In this document: piece after piece, positions 37,416 through 48,087 of the stretch
Position numbering within the stretch: position 1 is the stretch's first letter
How the letters are laid out: each line of letters starts with the position of its first letter
Source of the DNA: a virus
Taxonomy: Duplodnaviria > Caudoviricetes
DNA: 64,000 nt
Strand: one strand, 5' to 3'
IMG/VR virus record: IMGVR_UViG_3300033562_000573
Location: 5,287-69,286 of that record
Position numbers and translations under genes: made by a program
The notes under the pieces: generated by a model
Seen by the model: the letters and a program-made list of their open reading frames with translations, nothing else
What the model was told of the DNA's origin: nothing
The model's database searches: none

Positions 37416-39071
37416 TTATATACTTTTCTTGAATTTATTCAATTTCTCTTGGAGTTGTTTGCTATTGTTTAGCAAGGTTTCCAGTTCGGATTGAATAGAT
37501 GCAATCATTTCGTTATTCTTTCCATTATCAAATCTAATAGATTCATATAATTTCTTGTATAATTTACTATTGGTTTTTGCATATATATTTTTCAAGATAT
37601 CTTCTTGATAGTATTTAAACAATCTAGATGACGCTCCTGATCGTTCAACATAATTAATAAAGTTATTAGGCATTGTAAAGAAATCACCTGCACTATCCAT
37701 ACTAAGTATTCCTGAATTTTCAACATAACTTTCACTTGTATTCCCTGTGAAATTTATAACTTTATCACCAAGTACTTCATCACGCTTTTTATTATATGCC
37801 ATTAGATCATCGATAAATTCATCAACATAAGAAGTGAATATTCTATTATTCTTTATCATAGAACGCATTATTAGAATTACATCCAATGAATCTCTATATT
37901 TTTTAACGAATTTTAATGATGGTACTTGCGTTTCTGATATTAATGTCATTATATCACGAGTAGATATAGTTATTAATTTTTCTAAGTTTGAATCATGTAA
38001 GTAATTGGCTTTCATGTATTCTGTAAGGTAATTATGTCTCATTAAACATACACCAACGCCTTCATATACTACCATAAATAATTCTTCAGGTAATGCTCGC
38101 AATAATGTTGATGTCTTATGGAGTGACTTAATATCTGTATGTGTTGCCATATATTCGATACAAAAATGAATTATTCTAGCTTTGAATTTAGATATTATAT
38201 TCTTATCTAATCTATAACCATAATTTAACATACGTGGAATTACATAGTATGTATATAAATATTCAGTATATTCTTCTACATCAAACCAATCAGGTGACAA
38301 TTTTATTGAATTTGCTATATGTGGATATTGTATAGTAATTTGTTTAAATTCATCCATTGTTAATATATTAGATGCTAATGACAATTCATTTGTCGATGTG
38401 TATATTAAAAATGCAGGTGAATGAATGAAATTTACTATCGATATATTTTCTTTATTGCGTATCAATTCCACAAATGGAAGGGTTGGATTTAATGCAATAC
38501 TATCCCAATTTACCGTAAGCACCTTTTTAATTAATTTTACTGTATTATCCTTTATACCATTCAAATCATTAATAACATTATCTAGATCGTTGTCATCTAT
38601 ATCGTCGTATACAACAGTATCGGTTGCTTTAATATTTTTAAGCATCTCTTCTGTAAGATGTAAGGTAGCTAATACAGGAACTTCTGGTATTGGTTTCTTG
38701 TATATAACCGATTGCAAATTTGTAAATGGATTTACATGGTTATTTATTGAAGATATTTTTGTCTCATACTTGTCCACTATTTTCATAGCAATAACTTCAT
38801 CAGAATCCTCCGTGAAATTAATATCATTCTCATCTACCTTTGGTTCTACCTTTGGTGCTTCTTTCTTATGTCTACCTTCATATCCGCATTTAGGACATCC
38901 TTCGGTTTTTAAGTGATTCATTGGAGACTGCTTAAATTCGCCATGTTTTTTGCATATTATGGTAATCGGCTTTCTCATATTCACATATATTGTTTTTTCA
39001 TATGAATACTTTGATCCATGTACATCTTTTGATTTTTGTATAAATTGTTCTTTTGTTAATGTGGAAGCCAT
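37416..39071 (-). CDS. Large protein with N-terminal DUF723-like zinc module
   Basis: FIQKSK.VHG.KYSY...IICKKHGEF.QSP.NHL...GCPKC; remainder not recognised. Confidence 0.6.
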   Translation of the reverse strand: MASTLTKEQFIQKSKDVHGSKYSYEKTIYVNMRKPITIICKKHGEFKQSPMNHLKTEGCPKCGYEGRHKKEAPKVEPKVDENDINFTEDSDEVIAMKIVDKYETKISSINNHVNPFTNLQSVIYKKPIPEVPVLATLHLTEEMLKNIKATDTVVYDDIDDNDLDNVINDLNGIKDNTVKLIKKVLTVNWDSIALNPTLPFVELIRNKENISIVNFIHSPAFLIYTSTNELSLASNILTMDEFKQITIQYPHIANSIKLSPDWFDVEEYTEYLYTYYVIPRMLNYGYRLDKNIISKFKARIIHFCIEYMATHTDIKSLHKTSTLLRALPEELFMVVYEGVGVCLMRHNYLTEYMKANYLHDSNLEKLITISTRDIMTLISETQVPSLKFVKKYRDSLDVILIMRSMIKNNRIFTSYVDEFIDDLMAYNKKRDEVLGDKVINFTGNTSESYVENSGILSMDSAGDFFTMPNNFINYVERSGASSRLFKYYQEDILKNIYAKTNSKLYKKLYESIRFDNGKNNEMIASIQSELETLLNNSKQLQEKLNKFKKSI

Positions 39072-39229
39072 TTTTCATATCCTTTGTAGTTTCCGTTATC
39101 ATACAACATAATTTAATTATTGTATTAAGATAGATTATTTTCATCTTAGTATACTAAAATTAAAGATAATACAAAAAAAGACCCCCAATTTACATTGGAG
39201 GTCATAAATTTAGATATTTTTATTACATA

Positions 39230-39718
39230 TTAACGCATTGCTACGCTATATTGTCCTAATGCTTTTACGATATTATCATCAGGCGTACCTAATTTGAATT
39301 GATTTCGGAATCTACCGCATTCAGAAAGAGCAACTGTTTTTAAATCTTCAGGTAATGAATTAATGTAGTCTGCTAATTTCTCTACATTTTCAGAACCCAT
39401 AAAACTGTTAGTTTCAATAAAATCATCACCAACCAATTGTAGTAATTGTTTAGTATGCTTCTGTACTGCTTCTGGTGATTGCTCTGCAACCATTTCTGTT
39501 TTTGAGTTATCTGAATCAAACCATCCAGCATGTGCAGTTTGTGGTGCAACACCCATTAAACCTAATCCTAGACCAGCAGTAGCCAATGCTCTACCAATCT
39601 TACCTTCGGTTAATGTATCACCGTATATTAACTTATGTGCCTCAATAACGGATTCAGCTAAAATAGCATCTTTACCTGCTATAGTTTTAACGAATGTGTA
39701 GAATTTTTCTGAATTCAT
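39230..39718 (-). CDS. Late protein with capsid-targeting-like N-terminus and a hydrophobic segment
   Basis: KFYTFV...ILAESV...LTEG; TATAAAC upstream. Confidence 0.55.
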   Translation of the reverse strand: MNSEKFYTFVKTIAGKDAILAESVIEAHKLIYGDTLTEGKIGRALATAGLGLGLMGVAPQTAHAGWFDSDNSKTEMVAEQSPEAVQKHTKQLLQLVGDDFIETNSFMGSENVEKLADYINSLPEDLKTVALSECGRFRNQFKLGTPDDNIVKALGQYSVAMR

Positions 39719-39766
39719 AATATCTCCAATAATTATAATTAGTTTATAAAAAATAATTATTGGAGA

Positions 39767-40404
39767 TCAGTTACTATATTTTTTTACCATGTCTAAAATA
39801 ACAGCATATGGAATATTATCTAAATCCACCACTTCACCAGTTGATTTATCCACTACTGATATGAGGGGACTTTCCATCCCCTTTACAGTTTTAAAGATTT
39901 CGGATACCGTTTCTGTAACAGGAGATGAATTCTTTCGAGCTTCTAATATCTTTTTAAACCCACGAATTACTCGATCACCCTCTATATCGGTTTTTTCACC
40001 TGCATCAACCAGTCGTTTTACATAATTTATGGAATTTTCTAAATGTTTGTTATCCATGTCATTAGGATCTAACTCTTTAGTTCCTGATCGCCATTTGAAA
40101 TCAACCTTAACATATGGATATCCTTCTACACCAGTTGTTCTATCTGGTGCATAGGTTAATTTTTTAGGTGGTGTTCCATTAGACATTTTTATTTCTGTTA
40201 TTTTGCTATTTGGATATCTGTCTTTAAGTTCGTTTATAATACCTTTACCTACAGTTTCAGCACAGTGATAAGACAGATTGCGTCTTAACGCATGATCATT
40301 GAGTATATCATGTATGGTATCGTTGGGATAAATGGCATGCAATCATCTAGAAAGCCATCACCATCGTCAGAATCAAACATTAGCGCATGTTGTAAATTAT
40401 CCAT
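39767..40404 (-). pseudogene. Hypothetical protein with a probable 1-nt frameshift near 40343
   Basis: ATG at 40404 (MDNLQHALM...FLD) joins the 191-aa frame if one base is added. Confidence 0.4.
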
Positions 40405-40454
40405 AAAAATAATATAGAAAATTATACCCAAAAAATAGTGGATTATTTCTATAT

Positions 40455-40949
40455 TTGGTAACAACCCCTAAAAAAGAAGGTAATATGAGTCAGTATAAAT
40501 TTACAACCGATGTTAGCGAACCAATGTTTGGATCTTTTACTAAAGAATATCCAGATCAGTTTACTACCAAAAGAAAGAACAATACAATTCACCTGTTTAA
40601 GATTGTAGCAATTTCCGATGATGGATTGTCTATAAAAAGTTTACTAGATAAACATGTTGATATTGTTCCATTCGCAGAAATAACAAAAATTAAAAATCAT
40701 CTAACTGGTGAAATTGTCAAAGTTGAAAAATTTGGCAAAATTACCAAGGAAGAATTGGTGCAATTGTTCTTGAATAAAGGCGAAGAACCAATAACTCTAT
40801 ATGTTGCAGGTGAGTCCAATGAACTAACTGAAAAACAATTTAACGAATTCACGATAAAATCGGGAACCGTTTATGTCGTTGATGCAGAAGGCACAAGCAC
40901 ACTAATAGAAAGTATTGTGAAGAAAGAAGCTGACATTAGCTTCGGTTGA
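40455..40949 (+). CDS. Hypothetical protein (start likely 40485)
   Basis: ORF with GAAGG RBS. Confidence 0.6.
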   Translation: MVTTPKKEGNMSQYKFTTDVSEPMFGSFTKEYPDQFTTKRKNNTIHLFKIVAISDDGLSIKSLLDKHVDIVPFAEITKIKNHLTGEIVKVEKFGKITKEELVQLFLNKGEEPITLYVAGESNELTEKQFNEFTIKSGTVYVVDAEGTSTLIESIVKKEADISFG

Positions 40950-40983
40950 TAATATATAAACTATAGACAGGAGATTCAGCTTC

Positions 40984-41418
40984 ATGAAAATTAATAATGT
41001 CGATGATCTAATGTCTATAGTTAAATGTAGTTCATATGCAAATGCCTTCCTTTCTATGAAGGCATATTTCTTATATATAGAGCTTAATAAAATACATCCT
41101 GATTTAGATACACTTGCTGTATTCCTTTATAAAACATATTTTGAATACAATGACGCTATAACAAGTGTATTATGTAATATACATGGTGATATTCTCATAC
41201 GAACCATAAAAATATCACAAGATATTTATAATGATACACCCGAATCATATTCATTAGATCAGTATAATGCGGTATTACCTAAAGATGATTATGAATTCCT
41301 GTACAGTGTATTTGGTGATAACTTACTTATATCTCTCAATGTTTTAGTTGGATTAACTAAATATAATGCACTATATCATCGCATAAAAGATTATTTTGTA
41401 CCAATGTATTGTAAATAA
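40984..41418 (+). CDS. Hypothetical late protein
   Basis: TATAAAC upstream, GGAG RBS. Confidence 0.6.
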   Translation: MKINNVDDLMSIVKCSSYANAFLSMKAYFLYIELNKIHPDLDTLAVFLYKTYFEYNDAITSVLCNIHGDILIRTIKISQDIYNDTPESYSLDQYNAVLPKDDYEFLYSVFGDNLLISLNVLVGLTKYNALYHRIKDYFVPMYCK

Positions 41419-41451
41419 ATTGCTATATTTGTAATATAACGGAGATTTACA

Positions 41452-41727
41452 ATGTCTACACTAGATAAATTGATAGAATTAACAAAAATAGAAAAAATAA
41501 CCTGGTACTCATCACAGGATGGAATTTATAAAACATTCAATAACGATATTTGTATTCGTTTAGAATATGATGGTTATGGTGGATTTGCATTAAAGATTGA
41601 TACCGTGTATGCACTAGTTACGGTTGACGGAACCGATGAAAGCGATAAGTTAGAACTTCTGTATAAAGAAGTGTTACCACGATCACAAAAATCAGCAGAA
41701 GCTAGATTCTTTGAAGGACTAATATGA
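41452..41727 (+). CDS. Hypothetical protein
   Basis: GGAG RBS. Confidence 0.6.
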   Translation: MSTLDKLIELTKIEKITWYSSQDGIYKTFNNDICIRLEYDGYGGFALKIDTVYALVTVDGTDESDKLELLYKEVLPRSQKSAEARFFEGLI

Positions 41728-42101
41728 TAGATCCAGAAATCGAACATTATCTAAAAGCTGAATGGAATTTAGATACTCAATATAAAGTAAATGACCAGCA
41801 CTTACCTGTTGTATTTGATCTAGAATCGATACATACATTTAATGAGGTTAACAATTTACATAATATTGGTTTAGATTTTGAAACTAATTATTGGTTATGT
41901 AAAGAATGGATGCTGGTGAGTTGGTATTGTAAACTACAGCGTAGATACGATTTAATGCAAGAAATAGTCAATCATATGCAAAAAGAAATACAATCCGAAA
42001 TGGATAAAGAAATTTTTGCTAGTATGGATAAATATATAACATCAAACAAATCTAAATCGTTTAGTCTTTTCAACTGGCTTAAATCCATGTGGAAGCATTG
42101 A
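41724..42101 (+). CDS. Hypothetical protein
   Basis: ORF coupled to the upstream gene. Confidence 0.55.
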   Translation: MIDPEIEHYLKAEWNLDTQYKVNDQHLPVVFDLESIHTFNEVNNLHNIGLDFETNYWLCKEWMLVSWYCKLQRRYDLMQEIVNHMQKEIQSEMDKEIFASMDKYITSNKSKSFSLFNWLKSMWKH

Positions 42102-42407
42102 TCTAGTAACGGTGGCTATAGAGAATGGTATTACTTCAATACCATTAATAGACATATCAAATATTTTATGATTGGTAACAGCATCAAAAAAAGCTGAACG
42201 TAATTCGGTTTCAAACTTTTTAGGAACGAAAAACTCAACACTAACTAATCCATTATCACCGATATATGTACAATGTGTTGATATTTCATAGGATAATACA
42301 TCCAGTACAAGTGGAATTTTTTTATGGACTAATTTATATATTGAATTCAGTCCATTTTTTGTATCTACAAAGTCAAATTCAATTCTAAGTAATGTGTTGC
42401 GTTTCAT
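42042..42407 (-). CDS. Hypothetical protein
   Basis: ORF. Confidence 0.5.
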   Translation of the reverse strand: MKRNTLLRIEFDFVDTKNGLNSIYKLVHKKIPLVLDVLSYEISTHCTYIGDNGLVSVEFFVPKKFETELRSAFFDAVTNHKIFDMSINGIEVIPFSIATVTRSMLPHGFKPVEKTKRFRFV

Positions 42408-42453
42408 AACATAAAATATACAATAAAAAAGTCGATTTCTCGACTTTTAGTGT

Positions 42454-42804
42454 TTAAATGCGTGTTAATGAAGTGGTTTTGAATTTCTGTATATTAGTTT
42501 CCAGAGACTCAATTAATTTTGCACCTTCAACACTCAACCCAAGCATACACCCAGATCTAGTTAATGCTACAATGATAAATTTCTCAGGCATCTTATATAC
42601 AGAATACCCTAATTTACTCATTTCCTTTTTAGTCCTTATAGTATATAACATATAAGAATCATTATTTTGCATCGGACAACCTTTCTTCATAACAATAACA
42701 GGTCCGATTGTATTCAATGATACCATGTCAATAACCACTGACCATAAATCAACAGGAAATTCACCGCTGATTTTTATTGGTTTTTCAATTCTCTGCTTTG
42801 CCAT
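42454..42804 (-). CDS. Hypothetical protein
   Basis: AAAGGA RBS. Confidence 0.6.
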   Translation of the reverse strand: MAKQRIEKPIKISGEFPVDLWSVVIDMVSLNTIGPVIVMKKGCPMQNNDSYMLYTIRTKKEMSKLGYSVYKMPEKFIIVALTRSGCMLGLSVEGAKLIESLETNIQKFKTTSLTRI

Positions 42805-42814
42805 TTATTTCCTT

Positions 42815-43261
42815 TTATATTCTGTCTAATGTTATATGAATACAATAACCAATAACAGATCCTATGTAAACAAGTATAGCTAATTTTAGGTCGATTTCAC
42901 CAATATATTTTAAGTAAAATACACAACTAGGTAACACAAGGGCTGTTATGGGTGAATGAAAGATCCCTCGATGAGAAACAACCTGTGGTATAATCGCAAT
43001 TATAGCCAATAAGTTACCTAATTTATACAACCCACTCAAATACAGGTACAACAAAGCACCCAAGATTACTGTATAAAATATCTTTGATGGTGTGGATTTA
43101 ATATCAATGTCTGGGAATAATGAAAACACAAGCATTAACATACTTGGTATTATTATATCATCAACAGATAAATTCCATTTGCTTTTGACAAAAAACAATG
43201 AACCAGCATATATAGAAGATGCTACAATACCAGCAGTTGCATGTCCAGCAAAATTACTCAT
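42815..43261 (-). CDS. Membrane metal-dependent hydrolase (YdjM-like)
   Basis: GHAT, FPDID, HRGIFHS, HITLD; several TM segments. Confidence 0.8.
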   Translation of the reverse strand: MSNFAGHATAGIVASSIYAGSLFFVKSKWNLSVDDIIIPSMLMLVFSLFPDIDIKSTPSKIFYTVILGALLYLYLSGLYKLGNLLAIIAIIPQVVSHRGIFHSPITALVLPSCVFYLKYIGEIDLKLAILVYIGSVIGYCIHITLDRI

Positions 43262-43316
43262 ATAATGAATATAGAAAAATTCACCAAATTGTCAAGAAAT
43301 TTTCTATATTAGGAAC

Positions 43317-43619
43317 ATGAAATACAATTATAAAGAATTGAGAGAACTATCAGAGCATCTAGTTCGGCAAATAATAATATCAATGTTTAAACGACATACC
43401 GATGTTGGAATTAGAGAAATCCTTGTTGGAAAATTTGAACCAAACCAATGCAGAAATTCAAAATATCATGTCGAAGATGATTGCATCAAAATAGGATATT
43501 ATGAAGGATGGGATGATGACGAAGTATATGTGGTTCTGTATGAAAATAGAATTGAATACACCCATCAAAATAAATTTTATCCATTCAGTAAAAAAATTTT
43601 AATTGACTTTAGAAAGTAA
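43317..43619 (+). CDS. Hypothetical protein
   Basis: ORF with RBS. Confidence 0.55.
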   Translation: MKYNYKELRELSEHLVRQIIISMFKRHTDVGIREILVGKFEPNQCRNSKYHVEDDCIKIGYYEGWDDDEVYVVLYENRIEYTHQNKFYPFSKKILIDFRK

Positions 43620-44112
43620 GGAGTTACTTATGGGATATCAAGACAGTAATTATAAAGGATTTTATATACTTGTTACACCAAATAATAAAGATGTGGAGTA
43701 CCAAGAAACTAGATGCACAAATGCAGAATGCGAAAACAATAAGAAAGAAGTATCTGATAAGTTCAATTTTTGTCCTATATGCGGTTCAAAAATTGATTGG
43801 TTAGATTTCACAGAACAAGAACCTAATTCATTTAATTCTAATTCCGATGATGTAGTATCTGATGCACACTTATATGATTGGTTTTATTCACCTGAATTTG
43901 TCAATGAAATGATTGATGAAGATTGGAATAAAATTAATCTATCAAAAGAAGAATTTAAAACCAGTGAAGTGATAATATGTAATAGAAATTTTGGTGCAAA
44001 ATTGCCAATCGATAGAGAGATATTCACTAATCATCCAGCAACTAAATTATTACTGGAAAAAATGAATTGTAAATATGAAATTAAATATGGATTAGTCGCC
44101 TATAGCGCATGA
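43603..44112 (+). CDS. Zinc-ribbon hypothetical protein (start likely 43630)
   Basis: CTNAEC...FCPICGS. Confidence 0.6.
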   Translation: MTLESKELLMGYQDSNYKGFYILVTPNNKDVEYQETRCTNAECENNKKEVSDKFNFCPICGSKIDWLDFTEQEPNSFNSNSDDVVSDAHLYDWFYSPEFVNEMIDEDWNKINLSKEEFKTSEVIICNRNFGAKLPIDREIFTNHPATKLLLEKMNCKYEIKYGLVAYSA

Positions 44113-44208
44113 GGAAGTATGCAAACAAATTTAATAGAAGCATTAACTGACGCTACCTTAAATGAGCAAATTATATGACATGAAGATACTAATATATCAC
44201 CGCCATTA

Positions 44209-44445
44209 TTGCATTTATGGTCATGTACATACAATGGAGTAACAGCCAACGTATATGAGATTGATATACGTGTAAATAAATATCAAATGACTCTAACTGA
44301 TGGTAATGAAAGACTTATATTTAGTGATGTATATCCATTAGTATATGCAATAAAAAATGGTAAAGAGGTAGTTAAGCCATATACCATGATGGAAAGATTT
44401 ATAATAGGAATTAGAGATGACATACACAAAAATAAAGAACATTGA
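44209..44445 (+). CDS. Hypothetical protein (start uncertain)
   Basis: ORF. Confidence 0.4.
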   Translation: MHLWSCTYNGVTANVYEIDIRVNKYQMTLTDGNERLIFSDVYPLVYAIKNGKEVVKPYTMMERFIIGIRDDIHKNKEH

Positions 44446-44746
44446 TAATGACACTTTTTGGGATATAATCACTCCCGATGGAAATAAACTAGTTACTGTA
44501 ACTAATGAAGCATCTGCTGATAAGTTATTGGAACAATTAAATAAGGATATAAATAATGGATAACAATTCTAATAAATTTAAAGATTTTCTCGAATTTGCA
44601 GAAGAAAATCCAGTTCTGACGTTCTTTTTATTCCTTATCGTATGCACTACAATAGGCGAAATTGGCGTGGCTGCATTTAATGCACTTGGTAAGTTGGTGT
44701 AAATTATAGAATGATATAAACAGATGTATATAACAAATAATATACA

Positions 44747-45175
44747 ATGTTTAAATCATTCTTAACCACACTAAAACCACATAACCCAGCACTAATTGAA
44801 TCAATCGAAACTGCATATTCATTATGCTTTGAAAATGTAGATGGTGATGAAACTATTACCAATGAATACCAATCTAGATGGGGAATGTGGAAAATATCAG
44901 TGAACAAATCAGGAAATGAGATAGCACACCTAATATATTCAGTAAATCCAATTACTACATATACAACACGAGAAGGTAGAGATCCTGAAAATTATATCAA
45001 TATTGAAATGATTCATACCGATGATAAATACCAACGAATGGGTTATGCAACCAAATTACTAAAAGAATTACTTAATATTAAAGCCGATAACTTCCCAGAT
45101 AAGCAGATAATTGCCACTGGAAATATACAAAGTCGGGATCTACTACGCAAATTTGGCATTCTAAATCTAGCATAA
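44747..45175 (+). CDS. GNAT-like acetyltransferase with capsid-targeting-like leader
   Basis: KSFL...LIESI...CFE leader; IHTDDKYQRMGYATKLL (acetyl-CoA motif A). Confidence 0.6.
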   Translation: MFKSFLTTLKPHNPALIESIETAYSLCFENVDGDETITNEYQSRWGMWKISVNKSGNEIAHLIYSVNPITTYTTREGRDPENYINIEMIHTDDKYQRMGYATKLLKELLNIKADNFPDKQIIATGNIQSRDLLRKFGILNLA

Positions 45176-45206
45176 TATAAACTATTATCAAAATAGGAAT
45201 ATTATT

Positions 45207-45818
45207 ATGACCGATACATTTAAACAATTCTTATCTTCATTAGAAGATTATGACAAACCACTTATTGAATCAATCCGTAATGGATTTAGTGTAATATACG
45301 AAGCCAGTAAAGCACGTCAATTTACAGATAGATACTATCCTAAAGATAATACATACGAACTAATTTCAGAATCCCCTGAATATATTATTGCATTAATACA
45401 ACAATCCCCAACAATGATAAGTGCGATACAACAGAATAATATACAACCAGAAACTATTACAAAACTTGAATTATATGTAGCAGATATTACTGGTGAAGGT
45501 AGTGGATACTACGGTGGAAGCAAAGGCTCATGGGATGAACCAGGCGAAGGTTCAATGTTTGAAGATGGCATCGAAGTTACTATGTCAAATATAATGGTTA
45601 ATATATACACATCAACAGGCGAAGCAGTCGAAGAACTTGAAATAGAAGAAACTACAGACCCTGAAATAACTAGCACCATAAAACAAAAAATAGAACATGA
45701 TGACAGTTTGAATGAACAATTATTAAATGATTATGAAAGTGGTGCCTCTGATAGTCGTGCTGAGTATCAAGCAGAAAATAGAGAAGCTAGATGGCAACGA
45801 AATTTAGATAAATACTAA
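45207..45818 (+). CDS. Acidic late protein with capsid-targeting-like leader
   Basis: FKQFL...LIESI...IYE; TATAAAC at 45176. Confidence 0.55.
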   Translation: MTDTFKQFLSSLEDYDKPLIESIRNGFSVIYEASKARQFTDRYYPKDNTYELISESPEYIIALIQQSPTMISAIQQNNIQPETITKLELYVADITGEGSGYYGGSKGSWDEPGEGSMFEDGIEVTMSNIMVNIYTSTGEAVEELEIEETTDPEITSTIKQKIEHDDSLNEQLLNDYESGASDSRAEYQAENREARWQRNLDKY

Positions 45819-45942
45819 TAAAAAAAGGACTCGTTAGAGTCCTTTTTCATAATGTGGTAATTCAATACATTCAATTGATTCAGATTTTGTGGCTTTATAA
45901 ATTCCAAATGTCTTACTTAATTGATAGTTATTGAATTCCATA

Positions 45943-46350
45943 TTACCAACTAGAATAAGTATATAAACCAATTACCTTCAATCCCTCAATCAATACCATA
46001 GTCTGCGTAGGACTAAATCCTCGACGATCACTCAGCCAAGTAACCTCATCTATACCCACTGGTCGATTTAACCTAATCCACATGTCAAACTCTTGCCTAA
46101 CTAATTGATTCCATTTCCATACATCATCATCACTCAAACTCATAGACAATAACTCAGGTACTATCTTAGTATTCCACCACTCAGCATACTTACTATGATT
46201 CTCTCCCATAAGAATTAATGAATTCTTACGATTCTGTACCAACTCACCTATAACTACACCAAAACTATCAAGATTACTTAATATATCATCACAGGATTCC
46301 ACCGTAGGAATCTGTATGCGAAGCTCATCACCATCTACTCTAATACCCAT
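45943..46350 (-). CDS. Hypothetical protein
   Basis: GGAG RBS. Confidence 0.6.
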   Translation of the reverse strand: MGIRVDGDELRIQIPTVESCDDILSNLDSFGVVIGELVQNRKNSLILMGENHSKYAEWWNTKIVPELLSMSLSDDDVWKWNQLVRQEFDMWIRLNRPVGIDEVTWLSDRRGFSPTQTMVLIEGLKVIGLYTYSSW

Positions 46351-46543
46351 ATTACTCTCCTAATTCCTTTACCGTACCATCTTGCTGATTAATCAACTCA
46401 TTGTACAATGCTACCAACTGCTCCTGATTATATCCACCCATGCCATTAACAATGCATAAGGAATCCTTCAATACTGCCATCAACGCTATAATCTGCCTAT
46501 TCGATATTCTCATACGTGTACCTTAACCTTCTCATGTAAATAA

Positions 46544-46879
46544 TCAATATATGCCAACGCTATCGCACCAATCAAAAACATAACATGTATCACTACCCTG
46601 AGTTATTAATCTATATCCCTCTGATGTTTTTACATACATCGCAAATGACATATTCGGTGTCATCGCCATGTACCATCCCGATACTCCACTATTATCATTT
46701 ATCGATACAATTTCATACGATTCCATATATGATGTCGTATCATGTGTTACTGGCATGGCAGAAAACAATGCAATACAAACACCAACCAATGCACCTAGTA
46801 TAGATAACATGATTTGACACTCTCTTATCATTAATCCAATTATCAACCCAATAATAGCGCATATAATTATTGTATACAT
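46544..46879 (-). CDS. Membrane protein
   Basis: Two N-terminal TM segments; GGAG RBS. Confidence 0.6.
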   Translation of the reverse strand: MYTIIICAIIGLIIGLMIRECQIMLSILGALVGVCIALFSAMPVTHDTTSYMESYEIVSINDNSGVSGWYMAMTPNMSFAMYVKTSEGYRLITQGSDTCYVFDWCDSVGIY

Positions 46880-47361
46880 AGTGTACTCCAGTTCATGTTA
46901 AATTCATTCACAAATTCAAATATAGCAAAGTCGCCTGATTATTGCAGGGTGGGGGGTCAAAAAATTTTTTATAAATCACTTTCCAATTTCAATAAGGGGG
47001 TAGGGTCTGACAAAAACTCACGTACATCAATTATACCCCTACCCAAAATTTTTTATAGAAATAGAAAGTAACTCTAAATCATTTTTCCCTTTTTTGTCCC
47101 CCACTTATAATATCTGTTATTTTTATATGGTGCTCGGCTGTGCAGTGTATGCTATCATGATGACATGTTATGTTGATGTGTTGATGATAAGATGCTATCA
47201 TGATAACATAGTGTTGTCGAGTGTGCATAATAAAACATCAAGTTGTTACACTATTCACACATTATAAACATACCCCCCTATACGGGCTTTTGGGGGAGGG
47301 GGGTCAGCGACTGGCTGTGGATAGATCGTTGATACATCTATCCACATACTGTCCACCTATG

Positions 47362-47643
47362 TTAGTAGTCCTCGTGTCGTTGTGTCGCAGTGTTGATAGA
47401 TATAACCAACAGACTATCAACATCCCTTGTGCATCCTGTGCTATGTATGTCAGACTCAAACGCACACGCATCACCCAAGCTATGAGCAGAGCGAGGGAAC
47501 ATATAGTGTACCTCTGTGCAGTTGTGGAATGTACGAGCAGAGCCATCCTTATCAATGACTGTCACATCAACGCCATGTCCATCAGCATTGATCTCATGCT
47601 CAAGGGTAGGGTCAAGAGTGATGCCGTTATTGAGTAGTAGCAT
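47362..47643 (-). CDS. Hypothetical protein under a reverse copy of the repeat element
   Basis: AGGAG RBS; element at 47683-47710 on the minus strand. Confidence 0.65.
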   Translation of the reverse strand: MLLLNNGITLDPTLEHEINADGHGVDVTVIDKDGSARTFHNCTEVHYMFPRSAHSLGDACAFESDIHSTGCTRDVDSLLVISINTATQRHEDY

Positions 47644-47932
47644 GGTAGCTCCTAGTGGGGTGGGGTGGGGTAGTGTTTCTCTCTACTATACTATAAGCAT
47701 CAAAGTAAAAATGTTATGAGCCTAGTCAGAGTTGTTTAAGTATCATACATATATAAGCATACAAGTAAAAAACCCAGCGTCTATGATTTCTTACTTTGTT
47801 GCTTATATATGTATGATGGGCATTTAAGGAATGGGGGTCGATGACATTTTTAGTTCCTCCTTTGGTTGTAACATTTTTACTTTGGTGCTTATAGTATAGT
47901 ATCAAAGGGATTACACAACTTAGGAGTTAATT

Positions 47933-48040
47933 ATGAAAACACTTGCTATTCTTGCTATATCGGCATTACTTATTTTGTTCATTAATATGTGGGTAGGAAT
48001 TGCTCTTATTGGCGGTTATGTTTTGGGTGGAAAGAAGTAA
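47933..48040 (+). CDS. 35-aa membrane peptide
   Basis: Element + AGGAG RBS; hydrophobic. Confidence 0.6.
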   Translation: MKTLAILAISALLILFINMWVGIALIGGYVLGGKK

Positions 48041-48087
48041 CAATTTTACTTTGGTGCTTATAGTATAGTACAACAAAGGAGATCAAA

